Shown: positions 25,792-35,600, counted from the stretch's first letter. The stretch: 64,000 nt of DNA from a virus (IMGVR_UViG_3300037258_000147:32001-96000); one strand, 5' to 3'. Notes: generated from the sequence alone by a model not told the origin. Made by a program: numbers and translations.

Positions 25792-26406
25792 TCAAAATTT
25801 AAAAATTCCTGCATCATATTCCCAATGATGATTTGGACACAAGGGTAGGAGGTTATCAATATCATTGATCTCTCTTATCAAAGTGTCAGTAGAAAAAGAG
25901 GAAACTGATCTAATATGAGCAACGTCAACGTGATTCGAATACCCGCAAACACAGCATTTCTTCTCTTTACCCCCGTCTAGGTATGTCTGTCTGGCATGTC
26001 GTTGAATCGAACTTCTAGCAGATTGATACCCGCCTCTTCGACCAAACAACTCGCCTTTCGTCCACCCCGAAAGTTTCCCAGTTCTAGTTTTCTTTAAGCC
26101 TCGAACTTTCTTGCACTCTTCAGAACAAGTAAACTTTCTTTTAGGAACAGGAGCCCCACAGACCCGACATCTACGAGAAATATTCTTGTTTCGTTTCCTT
26201 TTCTTAGGAAATTTTGCATTGTTAAAACTCGCAGAACAAGTTCTGTTACAGAACTTCTTTTGTCGAATTTCAGATACTTTCCTTTTTGGATCAATAGTAA
26301 TCATTGACAAACAATGCTTACAAAAATTAGGGTTTGCTAAGTACCTTTCCTCCGCTCTCTGCCTTTGCAGTAAAGCGGAGACTATCGAACCACTTGATTT
26401 TGCCAT
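25792..26406 (-). CDS. HNH endonuclease
   Basis: Zn-finger CxxC repeats; DVAHI...N.IDNL..LCPNHHWEYD. Confidence 0.85.
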   Translation of the reverse strand: MAKSSGSIVSALLQRQRAEERYLANPNFCKHCLSMITIDPKRKVSEIRQKKFCNRTCSASFNNAKFPKKRKRNKNISRRCRVCGAPVPKRKFTCSEECKKVRGLKKTRTGKLSGWTKGELFGRRGGYQSARSSIQRHARQTYLDGGKEKKCCVCGYSNHVDVAHIRSVSSFSTDTLIREINDIDNLLPLCPNHHWEYDAGIFKF

Positions 26407-26485
26407 ACCTAAACGTAAGTTTCCTTTCTCGTATGTTTTATCATACCACAGAAGTCCAGATAATGGAAATCTTTTCTGTGAAAAA

Positions 26486-26572
26486 TGGTGGGTTGTGTAG
26501 GGCTTTAACCTACCATGCTCGAAGGAGCGCCACTTTTACAGAGTGGGAGCCGTACGCCCGGCAATACAACCC
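26486..26572 (-). tRNA. tRNA-Tyr(GTA)
   Basis: CCACT-CTGTAAA-AGTGG; variable arm present. Confidence 0.85.
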
Positions 26573-26577
26573 AAAAA

Positions 26578-26662
26578 TGGAGGAGAGCAGCCGAATCGAA
26601 CGGCCATCCCGAAGGAGCCCCGGTTTTCAAGACCGGATGTATCACCATCAACAGTGCTCTCC
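26578..26662 (-). tRNA. tRNA-Ser(TGA)
   Basis: CCGGT-CTTGAAA-ACCGG; variable arm; can fold as 7/5 or 8/4. Confidence 0.85.
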
Positions 26663-26745
26663 GAATATAACATGACAAGTTATAAAAAGTCAAGGTCCTA
26701 TATATGGGTCGTTAATCCACTATACGACCTATATATGAACCAAAA

Positions 26746-26833
26746 TGGCGGAAGATGAAGTAATCGAAACCTTGTCCATTTAATGGACAGCATCGGGTTC
26801 GAGCCGATTTGACCGCCTTGGTCGCCATCTTCC
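26746..26833 (-). tRNA. tRNA-Ser(CGA), 8/4-type
   Basis: GGAAGATG/CATCTTCC acceptor; ATCGG-CTCGAAC-CCGAT; variable arm is the GTCC-N7-GGAC palindrome. Confidence 0.8.
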
Positions 26834-26869
26834 GTTAACTTGGCCATGTTAATTATCATGGCCGTGATA

Positions 26870-26957
26870 TGGCGGATGGGACAGGACTCGAACCTGCACA
26901 TGCTTTCACATGAGCCGACTTTCCAAGCCGGTGCGATACCGTTCCGCTCACCCATCC
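26870..26957 (-). tRNA. tRNA-Ser(GGA)
   Basis: CCGGC-TTGGAAA-GTCGG; variable arm. Confidence 0.88.
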
Positions 26958-26979
26958 AATTTTTACTGTACAGCAAATA

Positions 26980-27072
26980 TGGCGGAGAGTGAGGGCTTCG
27001 ATCCCCCGTGTCCAAATAATGGACAGCCTCTGTTTAGCAAACAGGCACAATACCGGGCTCTGTCAACTCTCC
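26980..27072 (-). tRNA. tRNA-Ser(GCT)
   Basis: CTGT-TTGCTAA-ACAG; variable arm is the GTCC-N7-GGAC palindrome. Confidence 0.85.
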
Positions 27073-27078
27073 AAAAAT

Positions 27079-27258
27079 TTAAACTTTCATTCTCCGGTAG
27101 TCTGTCCAAGCTTCTTTTCTTGTACTTCCTATTCCCAGAACTTGTTCCCAACGATCACGGCCTCCTATGGAATAGGGTTTGGGAGGCAAAAAACCACCAA
27201 AGCATACTACGAATCCACTGTTGTCTTCTAAACTACGGCAATAAACTTTGTCAGACAT
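27079..27258 (-). CDS. Hypothetical protein
   Basis: ATG 27258 after GGAG; 59 aa. Confidence 0.5.
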   Translation of the reverse strand: MSDKVYCRSLEDNSGFVVCFGGFLPPKPYSIGGRDRWEQVLGIGSTRKEAWTDYRRMKV

Positions 27259-27490
27259 TGTTTCTCCAGCTTGGTGCGGCTTCGAGCCGTCAGCGCCAAC
27301 GGTTGACTCTCCGTAAAACTTTCTTAGTCTAGACTTTGAGTCTAGCAATCTGGACCTTTCGCCGCCGGTCGCCCAGTGGGGGTTTAGCGCCCAGATAACG
27401 CCCCTATCTCGTAACCGTGATTGGCCGCTCCACAATCCTTCGGACTCGGTTATTTGATAATCTATGTGTCAAACACAGTGCTAAGAAACT

Positions 27491-27566
27491 TGGTCCCCGC
27501 GCCCAGATTCGAACTGGGAAAATTACTGGGTTTGAGCCAGTCGCTCTGCCGTTTCGCTACGCGGGG
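27491..27566 (-). tRNA. tRNA-Leu(CAA), short variable loop
   Basis: ACTGG-CTCAAAC-CCAGT; C1-G72, A73. Confidence 0.85.
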
Positions 27567-27572
27567 GTGATA

Positions 27573-27658
27573 TGGTGGGCACGGCGAGACTCGAACTCGC
27601 AATCGGTTTTACCCTTCCGGTTTCTAAGACCGGCGCTTTGCCATTTTGCTACGCGCCC
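27573..27658 (-). tRNA. tRNA-Leu(TAG)
   Basis: CCGGT-CTTAGAA-ACCGG; variable arm. Confidence 0.88.
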
Positions 27659-27666
27659 GTAAAATA

Positions 27667-27742
27667 TGGAGGTCCAGATCGGACTCGAACCGACGATTAA
27701 GAGTTTTGCAGACTCTCGCATTTGCCGCTTTGCTACTGGACC
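27667..27742 (-). tRNA. tRNA-Cys(GCA)
   Basis: AGAGT-CTGCAAA-ACTCT; U73. Confidence 0.9.
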
Positions 27743-27743
27743 A

Positions 27744-27818
27744 TGGTGCGATAGGAGGGACTCGAACCCTCAGACGCTGGGTTTTAAATCCAGATGATTT
27801 GCCATTCTCTACTATCGC
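27744..27818 (-). tRNA. tRNA-Leu(TAA), short variable loop
   Basis: CTGGA-TTTAAAA-CCCAG; ACCA end. Confidence 0.85.
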
Positions 27819-27842
27819 GTGTCCATTATTTGGACTAAATTT

Positions 27843-28068
27843 AACGTCAAACGTCGGAAAAGAAAACCGACAGGACAATATTCGAAGTCCGATAAGCGAA
27901 GTCCAAAGTGCAGAAATGCTCCATACTTCCCGCGTCAATATGCAGTCGATTCTAAGAATCTAATATTAGCGGGCGTCACAAAGCGTCAATGCTGGCGGAG
28001 TGTTAACTCCAAGCGATCCTATTTTTTAGGTAGGGTCAGCCGGTTGTCCTTCTCTTCGGTTTGACGGG
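27843..28068 (-). ncRNA. Structured, repeat-bearing RNA downstream of 28091..28660
   Basis: Closing stems CGTCAAAC/GTTTGACG and GGACAA/TTGTCC enclose recurring short pyrimidine-rich units. Confidence 0.55.
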
Positions 28069-28090
28069 GATGGCCGAGGCCGTCCCAAGC

Positions 28091-28660
28091 TTAGATGAGA
28101 TCGTATTTCTTGAGGACAGTTTCTTCCTCTTCAGATAGTTCGATCTCATGTCTGATGTTCAAATCAAGTAGCTTGTCGCTTAGACTTTGCTTGCGCTTGC
28201 GGAGATCAGACACTTCCTTAAGATACGTCGGAATCCATCCTTGCGGAATAGCCCCCGTTGTGAAAGAGTTGGACCGAGGGGAATAGGAATTAACCGGTTG
28301 TTCCTTCTTCAGATCGGCGTGTGCTTCGAATAGCACGTTCTCGTCCGGAGCGAAAGACGAGACGGAAGCAAGAGGCTTCAAAACTGCGGCCAGTTTGTCA
28401 ATATGGGCGACTTCGGAAAGAATCGCCGATACCCCCGCTTCGTGGCTCTCGTTCGAAACCTTCTGCCGGATCGAGTACAATACCGCTAGCAAATATCGGG
28501 TCTTATCCAAAGCCGCTTGGAAAATACTCGCCGCGTGGATAATTGCCAGCTTGGGATCATCGTACTTCCCAATCGATACTTGGGTCGAAATCGAAGTTGA
28601 CCCGATGCTCTCGTTGATCAACAATTGAAGTGCATTTGCTTTTCTCAGCGTTAGTTTCAT
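28091..28660 (-). CDS. Coiled-coil hypothetical protein (MKLTLRKANALQ...)
   Basis: 189 aa helical protein, GGAG RBS. Confidence 0.8.
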   Translation of the reverse strand: MKLTLRKANALQLLINESIGSTSISTQVSIGKYDDPKLAIIHAASIFQAALDKTRYLLAVLYSIRQKVSNESHEAGVSAILSEVAHIDKLAAVLKPLASVSSFAPDENVLFEAHADLKKEQPVNSYSPRSNSFTTGAIPQGWIPTYLKEVSDLRKRKQSLSDKLLDLNIRHEIELSEEEETVLKKYDLI

Positions 28661-28693
28661 GACATTCTCCAGCTTTCGCTCGGGGTTTTAAAA

Positions 28694-28811
28694 TTTAGTG
28701 GTTGGTCAGGCGACTCCGTCTGATGTCGTTTCGGGGAATCCACTCGACTGGCTCGAACAGGTAACTGACCTCGTCCCTTGAGTTTCATACATCCGCGCTG
28801 CAACCACTAAA
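28694..28811 (-). ncRNA. Promoter-proximal structured RNA with T-loop
   Basis: 11-bp terminal stem TTTAGTGGTTG/CAACCACTAAA; CTG-TTCGAGC-CAG; TGTGGTATAAT just upstream. Confidence 0.55.
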
Positions 28812-28844
28812 GACATTATACCACAGATTTTTGTTTTGTGCGGA

Positions 28845-29387
28845 TCAGCAGAAAAGATATTTTTTCCACCGTTGGTCCTCATCAAGTCCCACAAGTCTTA
28901 ATAACATACGCGACGTGTGGATCGTTAGCCTACCTGGGATATGCAGCAACGGCATGTCTGCTTCTTCGGGGGTTCGATCCCCTTTCTTCAAATTACAAAA
29001 TTTGCAGGCAGACGCTAGGTTATCCCAAAAAAATCCGCCGCCGCGAGACTCCGGAAGAATGTGATCTAGCGTCAAAACCACTTTGGTGGGTTTACCATTT
29101 ATGATTTTGATGGACCCCTCCTTTGCCCCGCAATACAAACACAAGTAGTGATCTCGTGCATATATGTTTGGCCGAGTCAAGAGCGAAATCCGAATAGGAA
29201 TTTTTTTATAATTCCGGAGCCTGATAACGCAGGGCAAGGGGATTCCGGGGTAGACTTCAACTCCGTAGTCTTCTTCTGCTACTGCCGCTCCTTTAACCAA
29301 TAGCTTTAAAGCGTTCTTGGCCCGAGTGATTGAAACGGGCTCAAAACTCGCGTTCAAAACTAAAACAGCTTTATTAACCAGTGACAA
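28845..29387 (-). CDS. HNH endonuclease (McrA-like family)
   Basis: VLVLNASFEP...RDHYLCLYCG...LTLDHILP.SRGG...W.NL..AC..CN..KG. Confidence 0.88.
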   Translation of the reverse strand: MSLVNKAVLVLNASFEPVSITRAKNALKLLVKGAAVAEEDYGVEVYPGIPLPCVIRLRNYKKIPIRISLLTRPNIYARDHYLCLYCGAKEGSIKIINGKPTKVVLTLDHILPESRGGGFFWDNLASACKFCNLKKGDRTPEEADMPLLHIPGRLTIHTSRMLLRLVGLDEDQRWKKYLFC

Positions 29388-29412
29388 TTGGTTTCCTTCT
29401 TAAACTGAAACC

Positions 29413-29440
29413 ATTATACCACAGAATTCCGAAATGTCAA
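29413..29440 (-). promoter_or_regulatory. Sigma70 promoter
   Basis: TTGACA-16 nt-TATAAT with TGTGG extended -10. Confidence 0.75.
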
Positions 29441-29656
29441 AATCATTCCATCATGGAACTAAAGAACCCAGTCTTTGTCCATTTTATGGACTAAACTTTG
29501 TGAATGAGAAGCCCGTTCTCTACTCGTTCTGCTACTAACTTATACGAGCGAAAGGTACAGTAGACTTTATCTAATCCAGTGTGTTCAAGGAGTCCAACCA
29601 TACTCTGAAAGTTTCAAGTTTAATAGGACGTGGTTTTCTTTCAAGTTTTTTAGCCA

Positions 29657-29884
29657 TTACGCCTCCAAAAAATATCCGCGCCTCAGCAACTCCCCGTACG
29701 CAAGTTGTCTAATGGCTTTGTCTGCTAGGTTAACATCATCTTGGTCGTTGCTTATCAACAATTTAAGGAGAATAACGTCGGAAGGTTCTTTGCACCGGAG
29801 AGCGGCTCGAACTTCGTCAGTCTTTCGAATTACCTTTTTGTGTCCAGCGACAAAGATTTTTCTTCTGTCGAATTTCATTACCAA
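29657..29884 (-). CDS. Hypothetical protein
   Basis: ORF coupled to the upstream gene. Confidence 0.55.
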   Translation of the reverse strand: MVMKFDRRKIFVAGHKKVIRKTDEVRAALRCKEPSDVILLKLLISNDQDDVNLADKAIRQLAYGELLRRGYFLEA

Positions 29885-30228
29885 ATAGTCCTAAAAGCTC
29901 CGACTATAGCCAGACGCTTCATTTCTTTTTGCCACAAAAATCCGTGACCCGCGAAAACTCGGGTTGATTTTCCTTGCACTCTTAAATGTAGATGACACAT
30001 CTCATGAAGCAGGGACTGGAGGGCACGACATTCGGCTCCCAATTTCTTCATCATAGGGTTTAAACAAATCTCTGTATCTTCCAGAGTATGAGTCCAAACT
30101 AAGAGTTGCGCGGCTCTTTTATGAGTAGTTTTGGAACTCCAGATTACAGCGGCATCTACAGGTAATTTATTCCCAAAGTACCTTTTGTTGAAAATATCGT
30201 ACTGCAACTTCAACCAACGATTAGTCAT
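29878..30228 (-). CDS. SprT-like Zn metalloprotease
   Basis: FNKRYF...LLHEMCH...HG..W..EM. Confidence 0.8.
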   Translation of the reverse strand: MTNRWLKLQYDIFNKRYFGNKLPVDAAVIWSSKTTHKRAAQLLVWTHTLEDTEICLNPMMKKLGAECRALQSLLHEMCHLHLRVQGKSTRVFAGHGFLWQKEMKRLAIVGAFRTIW

Positions 30229-30539
30229 TGGGTAAGATACTCAACTAAACTTGGATTCTCTTGCAAGACCTGAAGCAGGACCGGGGCCGTTGCAGTCACA
30301 AAATTTTCTTCATCAAACACATTACCAGGGACTTCTGAAATATCTCCGCAGGCGTGTAACAATTCGTGAACTAATATTTCCTGCGCTTTAGACCGTTTGA
30401 GTCTTTGAATTATCCATATTTCCAGGGAATTAGAATCTACGTGCCCGTTGTCATTTGGCATCGTACCTGCGGGCTTCCTTAAAATCGAGTAGGTGTGTGG
30501 ACCTACTTTAACTGAAGCGGGCATGGGTTTGGGCTTCAT
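30225..30539 (-). CDS. HExxH metallopeptidase-like protein
   Basis: ILVHELLHA...EE..V...L.QVL..NP. Confidence 0.72.
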   Translation of the reverse strand: MKPKPMPASVKVGPHTYSILRKPAGTMPNDNGHVDSNSLEIWIIQRLKRSKAQEILVHELLHACGDISEVPGNVFDEENFVTATAPVLLQVLQENPSLVEYLTQ

Positions 30540-30618
30540 TGTCCGTCCAGAAAATGGAATTCTTTTTAAAGGCCAGAGAATTACTCGGCCCCGCACAGAT
30601 TTGTTTATTTTGTCAAAC

Positions 30619-31170
30619 TCAAACCACGAACACGTCTTTATGCGCGTTATAAGTCTGGATTACGGACAAGCTTCTTTTGGGATCAGTAGACCATCTGCTA
30701 GTATTAAACTGCCAGGAACCTGAGGGGAACGTCACTACCGGGTGGGATATAGTATCATTTAGGGTCCCCTGCTTAACCCAAGACGCCGAAACCAAACGGA
30801 CAAAATCTTCGCCGGTAGTAGCTTCAAGAGCTTCTGAATAATAATTAGGCAGAGATTTTAAAACTCTGATCCGGGCAGAAAAGCAGTCCGCGTAAGATTC
30901 GAAGACCGGCCACTTCGCCGAGACCATTACTGAGACGCCGTGTAAAACCTCTCTGGTCTGGATTTCGTCTACTTGCCCAGTCCACCAGCCTGGTTGCTTT
31001 AAACCGAACACGTCTTTGTCCCTATAGGCCAACCCAGACTGTCCATTAACGGAGGAGTATGACGCAGATTCCAGAAAGGCTTCTGCCGCAGCGTATCCAG
31101 GAAACGGGTGGTCAGAAGTCTTGGCTTCTGAAACCATCAGGCGCGCGAATTCTAGTTCTGGTTCAGTCAT
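30619..31170 (-). CDS. Glucosaminidase/muramidase (FlgJ-like), probable endolysin
   Basis: AEAFLES...FGLK...TRE.....F.SY.D...WSTDP. Confidence 0.75.
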   Translation of the reverse strand: MTEPELEFARLMVSEAKTSDHPFPGYAAAEAFLESASYSSVNGQSGLAYRDKDVFGLKQPGWWTGQVDEIQTREVLHGVSVMVSAKWPVFESYADCFSARIRVLKSLPNYYSEALEATTGEDFVRLVSASWVKQGTLNDTISHPVVTFPSGSWQFNTSRWSTDPKRSLSVIQTYNAHKDVFVV

Positions 31171-31261
31171 ACAAAATCCGAACAACTCATGTAGTAATTA
31201 CAAACCGGACAGACTAGCTTGCATTTGAATTCGGTTAACGTACTGGAACAGTTGGGGCAAA

Positions 31262-31603
31262 TCAGGCAACATGCTCTAATTCTATTTTTTCTATTTTTAG
31301 ATTCTCGGGGGCCATCATCCGGTCTACCAGTTCGTCTATGTTCTTCCACCTCCCCAAACGCTTCAGGGACTCTAATCTGTGCCATGCTTTGAAAGTAGGA
31401 GACTCTACACATTTAAGAAAAGCCGCTTCCTTGTTCTTGCGTTGATCTCGACCGTCTCTGTGCTCGGCCCGGGCTCCGGATTCGGGATGGATACATCGGA
31501 CTCCGTTCTGCTTGGCGTTTCGGTGCTGACCGCCGTTACCTCCAGTGCAGAAGGTCTGAAACTCGAAGTTTTTTGCGGTCAAAGAAAATAATAGAGTTTT
31601 CAT
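31262..31603 (-). CDS. Peptide chain release factor-like (RF-1 GGQ domain) peptidyl-tRNA hydrolase
   Basis: GGNGGQHRN....VRCIHPESG......R.Q..NK..AF. Confidence 0.88.
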   Translation of the reverse strand: MKTLLFSLTAKNFEFQTFCTGGNGGQHRNAKQNGVRCIHPESGARAEHRDGRDQRKNKEAAFLKCVESPTFKAWHRLESLKRLGRWKNIDELVDRMMAPENLKIEKIELEHVA

Positions 31604-31604
31604 T

Positions 31605-31870
31605 TTCAGGTTCTTGTGTTAACTACTTAAATAACATTTGAATTCATTGTTATTTATTTAATTACTAATTTTTATTTTAAGTTGTTTGTTATCAGCGAGT
31701 CGATGATTAGGGGTTATTTAAATTTGGTGTTTACTATTTAAATAACATTGTTGTATTTCTGATTGGGGATTTCAAAAGTGTTTTCCCGAGTTTTTGGAGA
31801 CTTTTTAAACTTTTTTGTTTATAACAAAGAAGTTAGGATGTGTTTATCAATTAGTTACTAGGGTCCACTG
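31605..31870. other. AT-rich non-coding region with IHF-like sites (possible pac/ori)
   Basis: Very AT-rich; TATCAATTAGTTA at 31845-31857 matches the IHF consensus WATCAANNNNTTR. Confidence 0.45.
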
Positions 31871-32187
31871 AGATGAAAGAGAGGTTGCTAGGTCACTGGT
31901 AGCCGCTCGGCACTCCTCAAGGGGGTTAGGCCGCCCGTACCTGGCTTCTCAATCTAGGGTCCCCTAAGTCTTTTGTACTGAGCAACTTAAAACCTTGTCG
32001 AGTGTACTACTAGACATACTCTCTGTCTATACCTCGACCTAGTTCCGTCACACTTTCGTCTCAATCGTGCGTATATCATTGATATAAAAGGCCGATTGAT
32101 AACGAACGTTGTAGATGGCCGATTGGGCCGTCTGTCCGATACCCTAGTTGCTCTAGGCTATTCTGTAGAAAATATAGTCATGTAACC

Positions 32188-32388
32188 CTATCCCCGCGTC
32201 CCCAGGACATTAGGTCTATCCCCTGCTACCGTCTTAATGCGTGCTAATCGCGGTTTACGGTAGGCTTTAACCCGTTTGATGGCGGACAGTTGACGTGTAG
32301 CGTCTAGTATCTGCTCTGTTGAGGACGTCATATCCTCTATTATCCTAATCAGAGCTAGTTCCATTCTTTGGGTTAGGGTTTTAGGCAT
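32188..32388 (-). CDS. Small basic helical protein (first leftward gene)
   Basis: 66 aa from ATG 32388; function unknown. Confidence 0.45.
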   Translation of the reverse strand: MPKTLTQRMELALIRIIEDMTSSTEQILDATRQLSAIKRVKAYRKPRLARIKTVAGDRPNVLGTRG

Positions 32389-32592
32389 TATGGGCGCTAT
32401 AGGGTGCGTGCGGTAACGGGCTGGTAGAGCCATTGCGGTTCGGCGCGGGAGTGGTCCCTGAATGTACGATAGTACGCGCGATTGCCAGCCCGAGCTTAAG
32501 GTTGTCATATACTTATACGGTAATAGCGCGCGGATTTTTCACTATTCCGGTAGTTTTCCACAAACTATTTTCAAACTATTTTCAGAATTCGC

Positions 32593-32621
32593 TTGACACG
32601 TGGCTTGGACTAGCCTATATT
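32593..32621 (+). promoter_or_regulatory. Early sigma70 promoter
   Basis: TTGACA-17 nt-TATATT at the strand switch. Confidence 0.7.
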
Positions 32622-32646
32622 CGCTCTTGTCAGGCGCAGTTATGGC

Positions 32647-35600
32647 TTGCAGGGAATAGGAGTAAGAAGGGCACAAGCAAAGTCTTTCGACCCGTACGAT
32701 TACGCGGTCGAGTTGGGAGCAACGGAATTCCGTGGGGGAATCAATTGGACTTGGGTAACCTTCACGGAAGAGGATACACGGCAGAAATTCGATGCCGAAT
32801 GCAGGCGGAATGGTTATCGGGTCCGGGATTACGGCGAGTGTAAGACGCAATACCATCATTATCAAGACTAGGATGAAACCGGCCTAGTGCCGTAACGCGC
32901 CTATGTCCAGTCTCCAGTCTGGAATGAGAGAAAGCGGAGAGCGGAGGAAAACATGAAATTAGTAATCGAGATCGACTTTGGCAATGACGCTATGCAGCGG
33001 TATTCACAAGCGCGCGCCGTTATCCAAGACGCGGTAGGCACGTCCGGGTACCGCGCGAAACCGCATATAGGCGATTCCGGATCATTGCGGGACGTGAACG
33101 GGAATCGGGTAGGATTCTGGGAAGTAGAGGAAAACTAACATGCAGCGCTTTGAATATGTGATATGGGGTTTGCCGAAAGATTCGACAGACCCGATTGACG
33201 AAAAGGTGCTATACACTCAAGCTAAGAATGAGGCGGATATTGAACGGGTTAAAGAGCGTGCGGCGCAGATACGGCTGGCACTCCTTTCGTATCCAGATTC
33301 TGGATTTGAAAGATATTCCCGATTTTTCAGACCCAAAGCTCATTAGCTAACGGAGGAAAACATGCAAGCAACTTACCACGATATGACTCCGGCCATCGGG
33401 CAGAAGGTAGTGGTCCGATTTGAAGAGATCGGTGTTAGCTGCCAAGTAGTCAATGTCAAGTCATCCTACGGTCGTATCCGGTTACTCGTTTCCCCGGAGC
33501 TTGGAAATGGGGAGCAATGGGTGGAATTATCCCGGGTCAGGCCACGATCTAACGAAACGGCTATTGTAGCCCGCTAACCCGTCCATTTTGTGGACAAAAT
33601 CGAGGAAACAAAGGAGTTACGGAGATGAACGGAATGAATCCAAAGGAAATGGGGTATTCGGATGCGGCAAACTCTGTCGCACCGAATTCCAATCAAGCCC
33701 TGTTTAACCGTCAAGAGTATATCGACGGGTACGCACAAGGCAGTATAGATAGAGATGCCGACAATTCCATTCTGTACGAGGTAATCATTGGAAACATCGG
33801 CACAGTGTACAGCGGAAAGGATGGGTTTGAGGCATTCAAGCGGTTTCAAATCTATTCAGGACAATCTAAGGGTAATTATGGGCGTGCAACGGGCGAAGAC
33901 GTTACGCTCATGAAAAATGGGGAAATACGCAAGGAATTTATCGGATCAACGTCACGCGAACAGACGGAGGATTAACCGGGCCTTGCCCGTAACGCACCAT
34001 TGCCCGATTCCAAGCTCGGGATGAGAAAGACGGAGGACGGAGGAAATATGGATTACTTGGACACTAATCGAGTAGTGAAGCGGGTCATCTCGGAGGTGGG
34101 AGGAACAATCGCCACTAACGGGATACAGGAATTGTCGCGCGAGGAGCGTGGCGGAATCAGCACGTTTGGGTACGTCCGCACATGCCTCTATGCCACGGCA
34201 TACAACGCGGTTAGGGCAATGCCTGGGTTTGATATGTCCTATAACGAGTTTTGCATGGCGGTCGATCAGGAAACGAAATTAAGTCTGAGTTTTTATCCGG
34301 CAAACGCTAGACGATAACATGAAATCTCCCCTATTAGCAATCTCAGCTTTTATCCTTGCGCGCATATTGTTTGTTTTGATGACGCGTAAACGTAAACTCT
34401 AAACCTTGTCCAGAAAATGGACGGCGCGCGCCGGAGAAACCTTGACACTCTCAGTAGACTCTCTAGCATTTATTGGAATCCTTACCTGTTTGGGATTCTT
34501 GGCGGCCATCGGCTTGGGTAAGCTGTATGGCTGGATTTTTAACTAGTCCAGAAAAGCGAGTAACCATGCCTAAGCTCCTACGCGGCGTCTTCTACGCTCT
34601 AACCTTCGAGCTATCGGCAGCCGGTTTCCTGTATGCTGTCTACCGGTTTTTCCTAAGTCTGAATTAGTCCGAAAAATGGACTGATTCCTAACAAGAGAAT
34701 GTCTCACGGCGCAATGAAAGGACCATCAAATGATAGCACGTAATAGGTTTATGGCTGCATCGAAAGAACAAGCACTAGAGCGGATGGAATATCAGTCTGT
34801 AATGTGCTTGGACCAAGTAGCAGCGGTAAACGAATGGCCGTGGATATACACAAACGCGCAGGTACTCGCCGAAGCTTGTGCGCATTGGGCTTTTGCGGCA
34901 TATCCCGAATTGCGAGTGAATGACGATTTTTGGCAAAATTAATTCACCTTACGGCGAAAGAGAGAGAGACTGTATGCGTCTGACAATTCAAGTTTTTCAA
35001 AATGGGGAAGCGGTCGGGGAATATGTAGCCAATTTTCCGAAGGAAACAGAGACGGAAGCCGTTGACTTGTTTCTGCAACATGCACGCATCGATCTACGGT
35101 ATCGCTTTCTAGGGGAATACGGATTCGTCCAACCGTCGGAAAAGTATTATCTGGTGCTGGCATGAAACCACCGAAGAAATGCAATTGCTACGTCCACGCA
35201 ACGGCAGATTACACTAAGCATTCGCGGGATGCGGTTTTAATCCGTAGGGTTCGACGCGCTGGGCTAGAGCAAGCAAGAAAGTGCCGAATCAGAGCACAAA
35301 GCGAGAGTGACCAGAAAGAGAAAAACTATTTGGAAACCGTTGCTATCTGTGCCGAATGGGAGGCTTGGGTCTGCTTAGTTCATCTCCGAGACATCAAGGC
35401 AAACCGGGCATACGAGAAAAGTTAGTCCATTTAATGGAAAACCTGGAGTTTTATGGGTCATTCCGCGCGCAGCATATTGCCTGACCGCCACCGGGCGTTA
35501 ACCCGGTACACTACCGCAGAGGCAATCAGCCTCATGGAGACGGACATGACATACACGCTGATCATGATCAACGAGCAGGGCGCATCGGAAGAAACCCGCT

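Noticed and set aside
18396-27818. Suppressor tRNA or stop-codon reassignment
   Set aside because: No CTA, TTA or TCA anticodon found; long genes read normally in the standard code.
18204-28064. Many ORF-track calls overlapping the tRNA array (e.g. 18617..18955, 21460..21663, 22191..22418, 26698..27015, 27624..27938)
   Set aside because: They overlap clear tRNA or ncRNA genes, lack an RBS and look like shadow frames.
28694-28811. Hammerhead ribozyme (CGAAAC...GTC)
   Set aside because: No CUGANGA core on the same strand in the required order.
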